A DNA stretch of 32,000 bases from Hansschlegelia plantiphila (GTDB lineage: Bacteria > Pseudomonadota > Alphaproteobacteria > Rhizobiales > Methylopilaceae): the NCBI RefSeq assembly GCF_027922265.1, contig NZ_BSFI01000007.1, forward strand, positions 290,979-322,978. Direction: 5' to 3'. A model generated the notes under the pieces. The model was given only the letters and a program-made list of their open reading frames with translations. It ran no database searches and was not told where the DNA came from. The position numbers and the translations under genes are program-made. Positions within the stretch are counted from its first letter, which is position 1. Each line of letters starts with the position of its first letter. Below are positions 8,923 to 15,548 of the stretch, piece after piece.

Positions 8923-9447
8923 CTAGCGCGCCAGGTTCGGCGTGAACTCGTCAAAATTCCGGGCCGCGTCAGCGGCGGTTGGGGCTGAGCTCGCTATGCT
9001 CACTCGTATGTTCTGCGTGATTTGAAACATTCCGCTCCGCCAATAGGTTTTTACATGCGTCGCGCCGTCGACGGTCTCGAAAGACGCGAAGGTGCGCAGC
9101 CAACCCTCGTGGGATGTTTTCTGGGACTGAGCGATCAGGCGGAACGAACCGCCGCTCGCCTTATATCCTTGATCGATCCGTTTCAGATTGAATGTCTGGT
9201 CAACAATACCGGACGGTTCGACGCCGATGCTCACCACAGAACCAGGCCGACAGGGCGCCGCCATGCATTCGAAGTAAATGTTCTTGGATCCGGGGACTGC
9301 TTTTCTGCGCCAGCCCGGGTGTAGCTTTGCAAAGTCGGGCCTCGCGGCCTTGCCGGCGGATGATTGACCCGGTGAGTTCTCTGCCGCCGCCAGGCCGGGG
9401 AATGTCAAGATTGCAAGGCCGATCGCGGCCCAGAGCAATACACGCAT
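8923..9447 (-). CDS. Hypothetical secreted protein (signal peptide) with no recognisable family; lower-GC insert antisense to the GTA genes
   Basis: MRVLLWAAIGLAILTFPGLAAA|EN looks like a Sec signal. Codon usage differs from the neighbours, with many A/T-ending codons (gta, ttg, aca, caa, tca, aaa, ata, att). The stop is convergent with the terminase stop, 6 nt apart. Confidence 0.65.
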   Translation of the reverse strand: MRVLLWAAIGLAILTFPGLAAAENSPGQSSAGKAARPDFAKLHPGWRRKAVPGSKNIYFECMAAPCRPGSVVSIGVEPSGIVDQTFNLKRIDQGYKASGGSFRLIAQSQKTSHEGWLRTFASFETVDGATHVKTYWRSGMFQITQNIRVSIASSAPTAADAARNFDEFTPNLAR

Positions 9448-9520
9448 AGCCGCCCCGTACGATGGCTGAGCGAATCCTCAGTAGCGAGCCTGCCGCCGCG
9501 CGGTTGTTTCGTCTACGTCC

Positions 9521-9545
9521 GCCGGGCCCTCGCGCCCGGCTTTTT
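9521..9545 (+). terminator. Rho-independent terminator-like hairpin (gccgggc-cctcgc-gcccggc + TTTTT) 18 nt upstream of the portal ATG
   Basis: Perfect 7-bp all-GC stem, 6-nt loop, then five T. Only the + strand carries the T-tract. Confidence 0.6.
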
Positions 9546-9562
9546 CATTCCGCGAGGGCTCC

Positions 9563-10735
9563 ATGGCCTCCATGCTCTCCCGCCTCTTCGCCCGCGCGCC
9601 GGCGAAGAAGTCCTCCGCGCTCGGTGCGCTCGTCGCATTGCATGGCGGCGGGATGGCGGCCTGGACGGCGCGCGATCCCGTCAGCCTCGCCCACGAGGGC
9701 TACCAGCGGAACCCGGTCGTGCATCGCGCGGTGCGGATGGTGGCGGAGGCGGCGGGCGGCGTGCCGCTGGTGCTGACGGAAGGGGAGCGCGAGCTCGACG
9801 AGCACCCGCTGCTCGCGCTGCTCGCCCGGCCGAACGCGCGGCAGGGCAAAGCGGGGCTGATCGAGACGCTGGTCTCGCACCTGCTGCTGTCGGGCGACGC
9901 CTATGTCGAGGCGGTCGCCGTCGACGGCGAGCCGCGCGAGCTGCATGTGCTGCGGCCCGACCGGATGCGCGTGCTGGCGGACTCGAGCGGATGGCCGGAG
10001 GCCTACGAATACCGCTGCGGCGCGGAGGTCGCGCGCTACGACCAGCGCGCGGAGCCCTGTCCGCCGCTCCTGCATCTCACCTTGTTCCACCCGCTCGACG
10101 ATCATTACGGCCTGAGCCCGCTGGAGCCCGCGGCGCAAGCCGTGGATCTGCACAATGCGGCCTCCGCCTGGAACAAGGCGTTGCTCGACAACGCGGCGCG
10201 GCCCTCCGGCGCGCTGATCTACAAGGGGCCGGACGGGGCGGGACTGACCGACGATCAGGTCGAGCGGCTGAAGAGCGAGCTCGAGGCGCAATTCTCGGGC
10301 GCCGCCAACGCCGGCCGCCCGCTGCTGCTCGACGGCGGCCTCGACTGGCGGCCGATGGCGCTGACCCCTCAGGAGATGGATTTTCTGGAGGCGAAGAACG
10401 CGGCCGCCCGCGACATCGCGCTCGCCTTCGGCGTGCCGCCGATGCTGCTCGGCATTCCGGGCGATGCGACCTACGCCAATTATTCGGAGGCGAACCGCGC
10501 GCTGTGGCGCCAGACCGCGCTGCCGCTGCTGTCGCGCGTCGCCCAGTCGCTCGCGGGCTGGCTGGCGCCGGCCTGGGGCCCCGAGCTTGCGCTCAAGCCC
10601 GATCTCGACGCGGTCGAGGCGCTCTCCGGCGAACGCGAGGCGCTGTGGCGCCGCGTGACCGCCGCGACCTTCCTCGACGACGACGAGAAGCGCGCGGCGG
10701 TGGGGTATCAGCCGAGGGGCGCCGCTGGAGCATAA
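9563..10735 (+). CDS. GTA g3: portal protein (HK97 family)
   Basis: 390 aa. Typical portal motifs include YQRNPVVHRAVRMVAEAAGGVPL, HPLLALLARPN, LLLSGDAYVE, LSPLEPA...AWNKALLDN, FGVPPMLLGIPGD.TYANY.EA.RALW. Position follows the terminase. Confidence 0.9.
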   Translation: MASMLSRLFARAPAKKSSALGALVALHGGGMAAWTARDPVSLAHEGYQRNPVVHRAVRMVAEAAGGVPLVLTEGERELDEHPLLALLARPNARQGKAGLIETLVSHLLLSGDAYVEAVAVDGEPRELHVLRPDRMRVLADSSGWPEAYEYRCGAEVARYDQRAEPCPPLLHLTLFHPLDDHYGLSPLEPAAQAVDLHNAASAWNKALLDNAARPSGALIYKGPDGAGLTDDQVERLKSELEAQFSGAANAGRPLLLDGGLDWRPMALTPQEMDFLEAKNAAARDIALAFGVPPMLLGIPGDATYANYSEANRALWRQTALPLLSRVAQSLAGWLAPAWGPELALKPDLDAVEALSGEREALWRRVTAATFLDDDEKRAAVGYQPRGAAGA

Positions 10736-10746
10736 AGCGCGCCGTC

Positions 10747-10890
10747 GTGGTCCGGCTTGACCGGACCACCCATCCCGGACGTCGAGCTCCGCGTCGAACA
10801 TGGGTCCTCCGGAAACTCGGGTGTTCCCGAGTTTCCCTTCCGACCAGCTCAGATCGGCAGCAGCCGATCTGAGTTCGCAGGCCGGAGGAC
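10747..10890. repeat. Family B palindromic repeat, copy 2. Two further hairpins are nested in the loop of its second hairpin: aaactcggg-tgtt-cccgagttt at 10813-10834 and ctcagatcggc-agca-gccgatctgag at 10848-10873.
   Basis: gtggtccgg-cttga-ccggaccac (10747-10769), core ccatcccggacgtcgagctccgcgtcgaacatgg, then gtcctccgg (10804-10812) pairing with ccggaggac (10882-10890) across a 69-nt insert. Confidence 0.75.
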
Positions 10891-10935
10891 GACGAGTTTC
10901 ATTCTGTAGCCGCCGACGTCTCTCCACTTCTCAGG

Positions 10936-11565
10936 ATGCAGCGCATGCCTCACCCCATCGTCAGGGCGCGCGGCGACGCGCCTGAACTGAAGCGGCTGCC
11001 TGTCGCGCCGGCGGTTTCCGCCGACGGGCTGGTCGAGGGCTACGCCAGTCTGTTCGGCGTCGTCGATCTCGGCCGCGACCGGGTCGAGCGCGGCGCCTTC
11101 GCCGGCAGCCTCGCCCGGCGGGGCGCGCGCGGCGTGCGGTTCCTGTTCCAGCACGATCCGGCCGAGCCGATCGGGGCGTGGCTCTCGATCGCCGAGGATT
11201 CGCGGGGGCTTCGCGTCGCCGGACGGCTGAACCTCGCGGTGACGCGGGCCCGCGAGGTCCACGCGCTGCTCCGCCAGGGCGGGCTCGACGGCCTGTCGAT
11301 CGGTTTCCGGGCGGTCAGGACCGCGCGCGAGGGCGCCGGCGTCCGGCGCCTCGTCGAGATCGACCTCTGGGAGATCTCGGTCGTCACCTTCCCGATGCTC
11401 CCTGACGCCCGCGTCGCCGCGGTCAAGCGCGGGCCTCTACACCTCTCCCCGGTGGGGAGAGGTCGGCCCGCAGGGCCGGGTGAGGGGACGCTTCGCTTGT
11501 CGAGCGCCCGCCCCCTCACCCGCTCGGCTTTCGCCTCGCGACCTCTCCCCACCGGGGAGAGGTGA
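10936..11565 (+). CDS. GTA g4: prohead maturation protease (HK97 family, S78-like); 3' end runs into a repeat element
   Basis: GYASLFGVVDLGRDRVERGAF, FLFQHDP.EPIG.W, GLSIGF and LWEISVVTFPMLPDARV are typical of the family. ATG 10945 (AGGA 8 nt upstream) is an alternative start. The last ~40 codons lie in repeat 11441-11563. Confidence 0.85.
   Translation: MQRMPHPIVRARGDAPELKRLPVAPAVSADGLVEGYASLFGVVDLGRDRVERGAFAGSLARRGARGVRFLFQHDPAEPIGAWLSIAEDSRGLRVAGRLNLAVTRAREVHALLRQGGLDGLSIGFRAVRTAREGAGVRRLVEIDLWEISVVTFPMLPDARVAAVKRGPLHLSPVGRGRPAGPGEGTLRLSSARPLTRSAFASRPLPTGER
11441..11563. repeat. Composite palindromic repeat, family A, copy 1: hairpin acctctcccc-ggt-ggggagaggt, then gggtgagggg...cccctcaccc, then hairpin acctctcccc-acc-ggggagaggt
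   Basis: 10-bp perfect stems at 11441-11463 and 11541-11563. The central inverted repeat is 11478-11487 / 11512-11521. The same modules recur at 14517..14639. Confidence 0.8.
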
Positions 11566-11629
11566 AGACCCGCGCCTCCTTCTTCATCCTCCCGCCGCCT
11601 CAGCGCGGCCTTTTCGCCAGAGGCCTCCG

Positions 11630-12898
11630 ATGACCCAGACCGAACTCCGCTCGCCCGAGACCAAGGCCGCCGAGGGCGCGCCGTCGAGCCTCGAGGTGGT
11701 GACCGCCTTCGACGACTTCATGCGCGCCTTCGACGCGTTCAAGGAGGTCAACGACGAGCGCCTCGCCGAGATCGAGGCGAGGCTGACGCCCGACGTCGTC
11801 ACCGTCGAGAAGCTCGCCCGGCTCGACGACGCGCTCGACCGCCAGCAGAAGGTTCTGGCGGATCTCACGCTGAAGGGCCGCCGGCCCGCGCTGGAGACCG
11901 CCGGAACCCGCGAGACGGCCGCGCCGCGCGAGCACAAGGCGGCGTTCGAGGCCTATGTCCGGCGCGGCGAGGTGTCGACGCTGAAGAGCCTGGAATCCAA
12001 GGCGCTCGCCTCGGTCACGGACTCGCAAGGAGGCTATCTCGTGCCGGAAGCCACCGAGCGCGAGATCGGGCGCCGGTTGGCGGAGGTCTCGCCGATCCGC
12101 GCCATCGCCTCGGTGCAGCAGGTGACGGCCGCCGTCTACCGCAAGCCGTTCGCGACCGAGGGCTTCGCCTCCGGCTGGGCGGCGGAGACGGGCGCCCGCG
12201 CGCAGTCCGCGACGCCGGTGCTGGACGAACTCGCCTTCCCCGCGATGGAGCTGTTCGCGATGCCGGCGGCGACCCAGACGCTGCTCGACGACTCCGCCGT
12301 CGACCTCGACCGCTGGATCGCAGAGGAGGTCGAGACCGCCTTCGCCGAGCAGGAGAGCGCGGCCTTCGTCACCGGCGACGGGACCACGCGGCCGCAGGGC
12401 TTCCTGACGCCGGCCAAGGTCGCGAACGCGGCCTGGGTCTGGGGCAAGATCGGCTATGTCGCGACCGGGGCTGCGGGCGCCTTCGCGGCCTCGAACCCCT
12501 CCGACAGCCTGCTCGATCTGGTCTATGCGCTGCGCTCGGGCTATCGCCGCAACGCCAGCTTCGTGATGAACCGGCGCGTGCAGGCGGCGGTGCGCAAGCT
12601 GAAGGACGCCGACGGCCGCTATCTCTGGGAGCCGCCGGCAAGCGCCGACTCGAGCGCCACGCTGATCGGCTTCCCCGTGGTGGAGGCGGAGGCCGCGCCC
12701 GACATCGCGGACGGCGCCCACGCCATTTCCTTCGGCGACTTCCGCCGCGGCTATCTGGTCGTCGACCGCATCGGGGTGCGCATCCTGCGCGACCCGTTCA
12801 CGGCGAAGCCCTACGTGCTGTTCTACACCACCAAGCGGGTCGGCGGCGGCGTGCAGGACTTCGACGCCATCAAGACGCTGAAGTTCGCGACGAGCTGA
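11630..12898 (+). CDS. GTA g5: major capsid protein (HK97 fold family)
   Basis: 422 aa. N-terminal coiled-coil/delta-like segment (FKEVNDERLAEIEARL...), then GGYLVPE, PVLDELAFPAMELFAMPAATQTLLDDS, FVTGDGT.RPQGFL, GFPVVEAE. The ATG at 11630 follows the repeat; the track start at 11480 lies inside the repeat. Confidence 0.9.
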   Translation: MTQTELRSPETKAAEGAPSSLEVVTAFDDFMRAFDAFKEVNDERLAEIEARLTPDVVTVEKLARLDDALDRQQKVLADLTLKGRRPALETAGTRETAAPREHKAAFEAYVRRGEVSTLKSLESKALASVTDSQGGYLVPEATEREIGRRLAEVSPIRAIASVQQVTAAVYRKPFATEGFASGWAAETGARAQSATPVLDELAFPAMELFAMPAATQTLLDDSAVDLDRWIAEEVETAFAEQESAAFVTGDGTTRPQGFLTPAKVANAAWVWGKIGYVATGAAGAFAASNPSDSLLDLVYALRSGYRRNASFVMNRRVQAAVRKLKDADGRYLWEPPASADSSATLIGFPVVEAEAAPDIADGAHAISFGDFRRGYLVVDRIGVRILRDPFTAKPYVLFYTTKRVGGGVQDFDAIKTLKFATS

Positions 12899-13160
12899 CC
12901 AGTTCTCCCGCCTCCTGCCGCGGCCGGCGCTTCCCCAGGCGTTCTGCTGCGGCGGGAAAGAAACAGGTGAGTGGTATTCCAGCGCCGCCCTTGATCGTAA
13001 CGACCCGTTAACGATCCGGGGGCACGCTCGTCCCAGCCGTTCCTGACATGGCGCGGCTTCGGCGGTTCGCGAGGCGTCCCTCGATCGCGGACCGTCGGAG
13101 ACTTTCTCCGCATTCTCCCCCCGGAGCGGGCCTCTTCGGCTTTCTTCCGTCCTATCGCCT

Positions 13161-13196
13161 AAAGCCCGCCCGACATCCGTCCGGCGGGCTTTTTTT
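13161..13196 (+). terminator. Strong Rho-independent terminator (aaagcccgcc - 12-nt loop - ggcgggcttt + T-run) 21 nt upstream of the g6 ATG
   Basis: Perfect 10-bp stem (13161-13170 / 13183-13192) and a run of 7 T (13190-13196). The minus-strand reading has no comparable T-tract. Confidence 0.75.
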
Positions 13197-13217
13197 CGTC
13201 CGCGCGAGGTCTCTCCC

Positions 13218-13751
13218 ATGCCTGCCGTGCTGCTGACCGCGCCCGAGGCCGAACCGATCGGCCTCGGCGACGCGAAGGCCTATCTGCGCCTCGAACACGA
13301 CGCCGAGGACGACCTGGTCGCGGGCCTGATCGCCGCCGCCGCGCGGCAGGTGGAGAACATCACCCGCCGGGTGCTGATCGCGCAGCGCTGGCGGCTCGAC
13401 GCCAGGCTGCCCTGCGACGCCTCCGGGATCGCGCTCCGGCCGCGCCCGGTGCGCGAGGTCGAGGCGGTTCGGATCATGCTTCCGGACGGATCGTTCGAGA
13501 CGCTCGACCCCGCCGACTGGCGCTTCGACTGGGGGGCGGAGCGGCTTTACGTGACGAAGCCGGCGCCGGCGGGCCGCGGAATCCAGGTCGACCTCGCGGT
13601 CGGCTATGGCGATCCGGAGGACGTGCCGGAATCGCTCAGGCTCGCGGTGCGCAGGCTGGTCGCCGACGGCTTCGAACGCCGCGGCGCCGGCGACGGGGCG
13701 CCCGCCGACGTCACGGCGCTGCTCGCGCCCTACCGGGACTTTTCGCTTTGA
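13218..13751 (+). CDS. GTA g6: head-tail connector (gp6-like, DNA-packaging/adaptor family)
   Basis: Position after the capsid gene. N-terminal ...AKAYLRLEHDAEDDLVAGLIAAAR..VE..T.R.LI.Q.W motif is typical of phage gp6-like head-tail connectors. GAGG RBS 8 nt upstream. Confidence 0.8.
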   Translation: MPAVLLTAPEAEPIGLGDAKAYLRLEHDAEDDLVAGLIAAAARQVENITRRVLIAQRWRLDARLPCDASGIALRPRPVREVEAVRIMLPDGSFETLDPADWRFDWGAERLYVTKPAPAGRGIQVDLAVGYGDPEDVPESLRLAVRRLVADGFERRGAGDGAPADVTALLAPYRDFSL

Positions 13752-14077
13752 ACGCGGCGTCGCCGGGCCTCCTGCGCCGCCGGATCGCGATCGAGCGGCC
13801 GGCGGATGTCGCGGACGGGGCGGGCGGCGTGACGCGTGGCTTCGCCCCGCTCGCGCAGGCCTTCGCCGAGGTCGAGCCGCTGACCGCCGAACAGGCCGAA
13901 CGCGGCCGCGCCCTCGGCCTCAGGAAACTCTGGCGCGTGACGATCCGCGCCCGCGGCGACGTCACGGGCGGTTGCCGCGTCGCCTGGCGGGAGCGCACGC
14001 TCGACGTGCTCGCGGTGCGCGCGCTCGACGCCGACGACCGCTTCGAGGAGATGCTCTGCGAGGAGATCGTCCCGTGA
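13748..14077 (+). CDS. GTA g7: head-tail adaptor / head closure protein
   Basis: 109 aa. LRRRIAIERP...DG.GG....F..LA..FAEVEPL.G.E pattern. The TTG start overlaps the g6 stop (tTTGa), and its 3' end overlaps the g8 start. Confidence 0.75.
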   Translation: MNAASPGLLRRRIAIERPADVADGAGGVTRGFAPLAQAFAEVEPLTAEQAERGRALGLRKLWRVTIRARGDVTGGCRVAWRERTLDVLAVRALDADDRFEEMLCEEIVP

Positions 14078-14490
14078 CCACGCTCTCCCCCGGCCTCGCG
14101 CTGCGCGCGGCCGTCCACCAGCGGCTTGTGGGGGACGCCGCGCTCGGCGCGCTGCTCGGCGGCGCCCGGATCTATGACGAGCCGCCGCGCGCGGCCCTGC
14201 CGCCTTACGTCGTGCTTGGGCCGCTCGCCTCGAAGGACGTTTCCGGCGACGTCGCGCCGGCGCAGGAGCATCAGCTCGTGCTGGAAGTCTGGTCGCGCGA
14301 GGGCGGGCTGTCGGAGGCGCTGAAGGCGGCCGACCGCGTCGTGCGGCTCACGGACGGCGCGGCGCTCGTCCTCGACGGCTGGCGCCTCGCGACCCTGTCG
14401 TGGAGCGCGACCGACGCCGTGCGCATCGCCGACAACGGCCTGCGCCGCGCGAGCATCACCTTTCGCGCGGTGACGGAGCCTGCGGAGTAG
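14074..14490 (+). CDS. GTA g8: DUF3168-like tail completion / neck protein
   Basis: GTG at 14074 overlaps the g7 stop (GTGA). 138 aa. L..RL..D.AL.ALLGGARIYD..P..A..PYVVLG ... EH.L.LEVWSR pattern is typical of this family. Confidence 0.75.
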   Translation: MTTLSPGLALRAAVHQRLVGDAALGALLGGARIYDEPPRAALPPYVVLGPLASKDVSGDVAPAQEHQLVLEVWSREGGLSEALKAADRVVRLTDGAALVLDGWRLATLSWSATDAVRIADNGLRRASITFRAVTEPAE

Positions 14491-14516
14491 CGGCCACGCT
14501 TTCGAACCCCCTGCTC

Positions 14517-14639
14517 CCCCTCACCCGGCGCTGCGCGCCGACCTCTCCCCACTGGGGAGAGGTGAAGAGCGGCGCCTCTTCCTGCACCTCTCCCCGGCGA
14601 GGAGAGGTCGACATGGCGATAGCCATGGCGGGTGAGGGG
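14517..14639. repeat. Family A composite palindromic repeat, copy 2, with permuted module order: cccctcaccc, hairpin, hairpin, gggtgagggg
   Basis: cccctcaccc 14517-14526; hairpin acctctcccc-act-ggggagaggt 14541-14563; imperfect hairpin acctctcc-ccggcga-ggagaggt 14586-14608; gggtgagggg 14630-14639. Confidence 0.8.
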
Positions 14640-14692
14640 GCTCCCGATATCAGAACCAGACGCCCGCCCGGCGCCGCAGAGGAACCGAACAC

Positions 14693-15103
14693 ATGGCCAT
14701 CCAGAAGGGCAAGGATCTGCTCGTGAAGATCGCGGACGGCGCGGGCGGGTTCGTCACGGTGGCGGGGCTGCGCTCGCGCTCGCTGTCGTTCAACGCTGAG
14801 CCGGTCGACGTCACGCACTCCGAAAGCGCCGGCCGCTGGCGCGAGCTGCTGGCGGGGGCGGGCGTCAAGAAGGCGAGCGTCGCGGGGGCCGGCGTCTTCA
14901 AGGACGACGCCTCCGACACGCTGGTGCGCGGCCTGGTGTTCGACGGGGCGATCGCCGCGTTCCAGATCGTGATCCCGGACTTCGGGCGGATCGAGGGGCC
15001 GTTCCAGGTGACGGGGCTCGAGTTCAAGGGCGATCACGCCGGCGAGGTCGCCTACGACCTCGCGCTGGAAAGCGCAGGCGCGCTGAGCTTCACCGCGCTC
15101 TGA
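14693..15103 (+). CDS. GTA g9: major tail protein (TP901-1-like family)
   Basis: 136 aa. MAIQKGKDLLVKI.DG.GGF.TVAGLRS.S.S.N.E.VDVT...S.GRWRELL.GAG...A.V.G.GVF is typical of the family. Position matches. Confidence 0.85.
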   Translation: MAIQKGKDLLVKIADGAGGFVTVAGLRSRSLSFNAEPVDVTHSESAGRWRELLAGAGVKKASVAGAGVFKDDASDTLVRGLVFDGAIAAFQIVIPDFGRIEGPFQVTGLEFKGDHAGEVAYDLALESAGALSFTAL

Positions 15104-15182
15104 GCGGGCGGCGTTACCGCCGTGTACCGGCTCAAGGCCGGGCCACGGCGGACATCCTTCCATTCCGTTGAAAGGTAAGCCC

Positions 15183-15548
15183 ATGCCCGCAAACCGCCGC
15201 CGCGGCGAGACGGAGGCCGTGTTCGACGGCGCGCCGCGGCGCCTGGTCCTCACGCTCGGCGCGCTCGCCGAACTCGAAGACGCCTTCGGGGTCGAGGATC
15301 TTACGGCGCTCGCCGAGCGGTTCGAGAGCGGGCGGCTGTCGGCGGGGGACGCGATCAGGATTCTGGGCGCGGGCCTGCGCGGCGGCGGAACGGAGATCGC
15401 GGACGCCGAGGTCGCCCGGCTGTCGCATCCCGAAGGTGCGGCGGGCTTCGTTCGGTCGGTCGTCGAGCTGCTCGCCGCCACATTCGGCGGCGCCGGGGAC
15501 GGGGAGGGGGCGGCGGAGGCCGCCGGCCCTTTCCCTGGGACGGACTGA
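15183..15548 (+). CDS. GTA g10: tail assembly chaperone (gene transfer agent family protein)
   Basis: RRRGE.EAVFDGAPRRLVLTLGALAELEDAFG...L..RF..GRLSA.D.IRILGAGLRGGG is typical of GTA g10. AAGG RBS lies upstream of ATG 15183; the track ORF begins at a TTG at 15168. Confidence 0.8.
   Translation: MPANRRRGETEAVFDGAPRRLVLTLGALAELEDAFGVEDLTALAERFESGRLSAGDAIRILGAGLRGGGTEIADAEVARLSHPEGAAGFVRSVVELLAATFGGAGDGEGAAEAAGPFPGTD
15527..15533 (+). promoter_or_regulatory. Candidate -1 programmed ribosomal frameshift heptamer C_CCT_TTC in the g10 zero frame, five codons before the g10 stop
   Basis: g10 codons read ggC CCT TTC cct ggg acg gac tga. g10.1 (15548..) is in the -1 frame, which is open from the heptamer (ccc ttt ccc tgg gac gga ctg ATG ggc...). 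Confidence 0.35.

Noticed and set aside
10800-10985. 61-aa + strand ORF in the portal-protease gap, considered as a possible g3.5 equivalent
   Set aside because: It is read almost entirely from nested palindromic repeat DNA and overlaps the protease start. No RBS is present and its composition is repeat-derived.
7285-13219. Minus-strand ORFs 7285..8868, 9545..10927 and 11600..13219 opposite the terminase, portal and capsid genes
   Set aside because: Each is antisense to a gene with strong family motifs (Walker A terminase, HK97 portal, HK97 capsid). They have arginine-rich low-complexity composition and plausible starts are absent.
13048-13236. 62-aa + strand ORF (and minus ORF 12823..13113) in the capsid-g6 spacer
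   Set aside because: It reads through the intrinsic terminator hairpin and T-tract into g6 out of frame. GC3 bias is poor and no RBS is present. The region is better explained as non-coding or structured RNA.
11441-14639. Whether the repeated acctctcccc...ggggagaggt units could be a CRISPR array
   Set aside because: Only two loci about 3 kb apart are present. The units are self-complementary hairpins in inverted pairs, not direct repeats with uniform spacers, and no cas genes are present. REP/BIME-like elements fit better.
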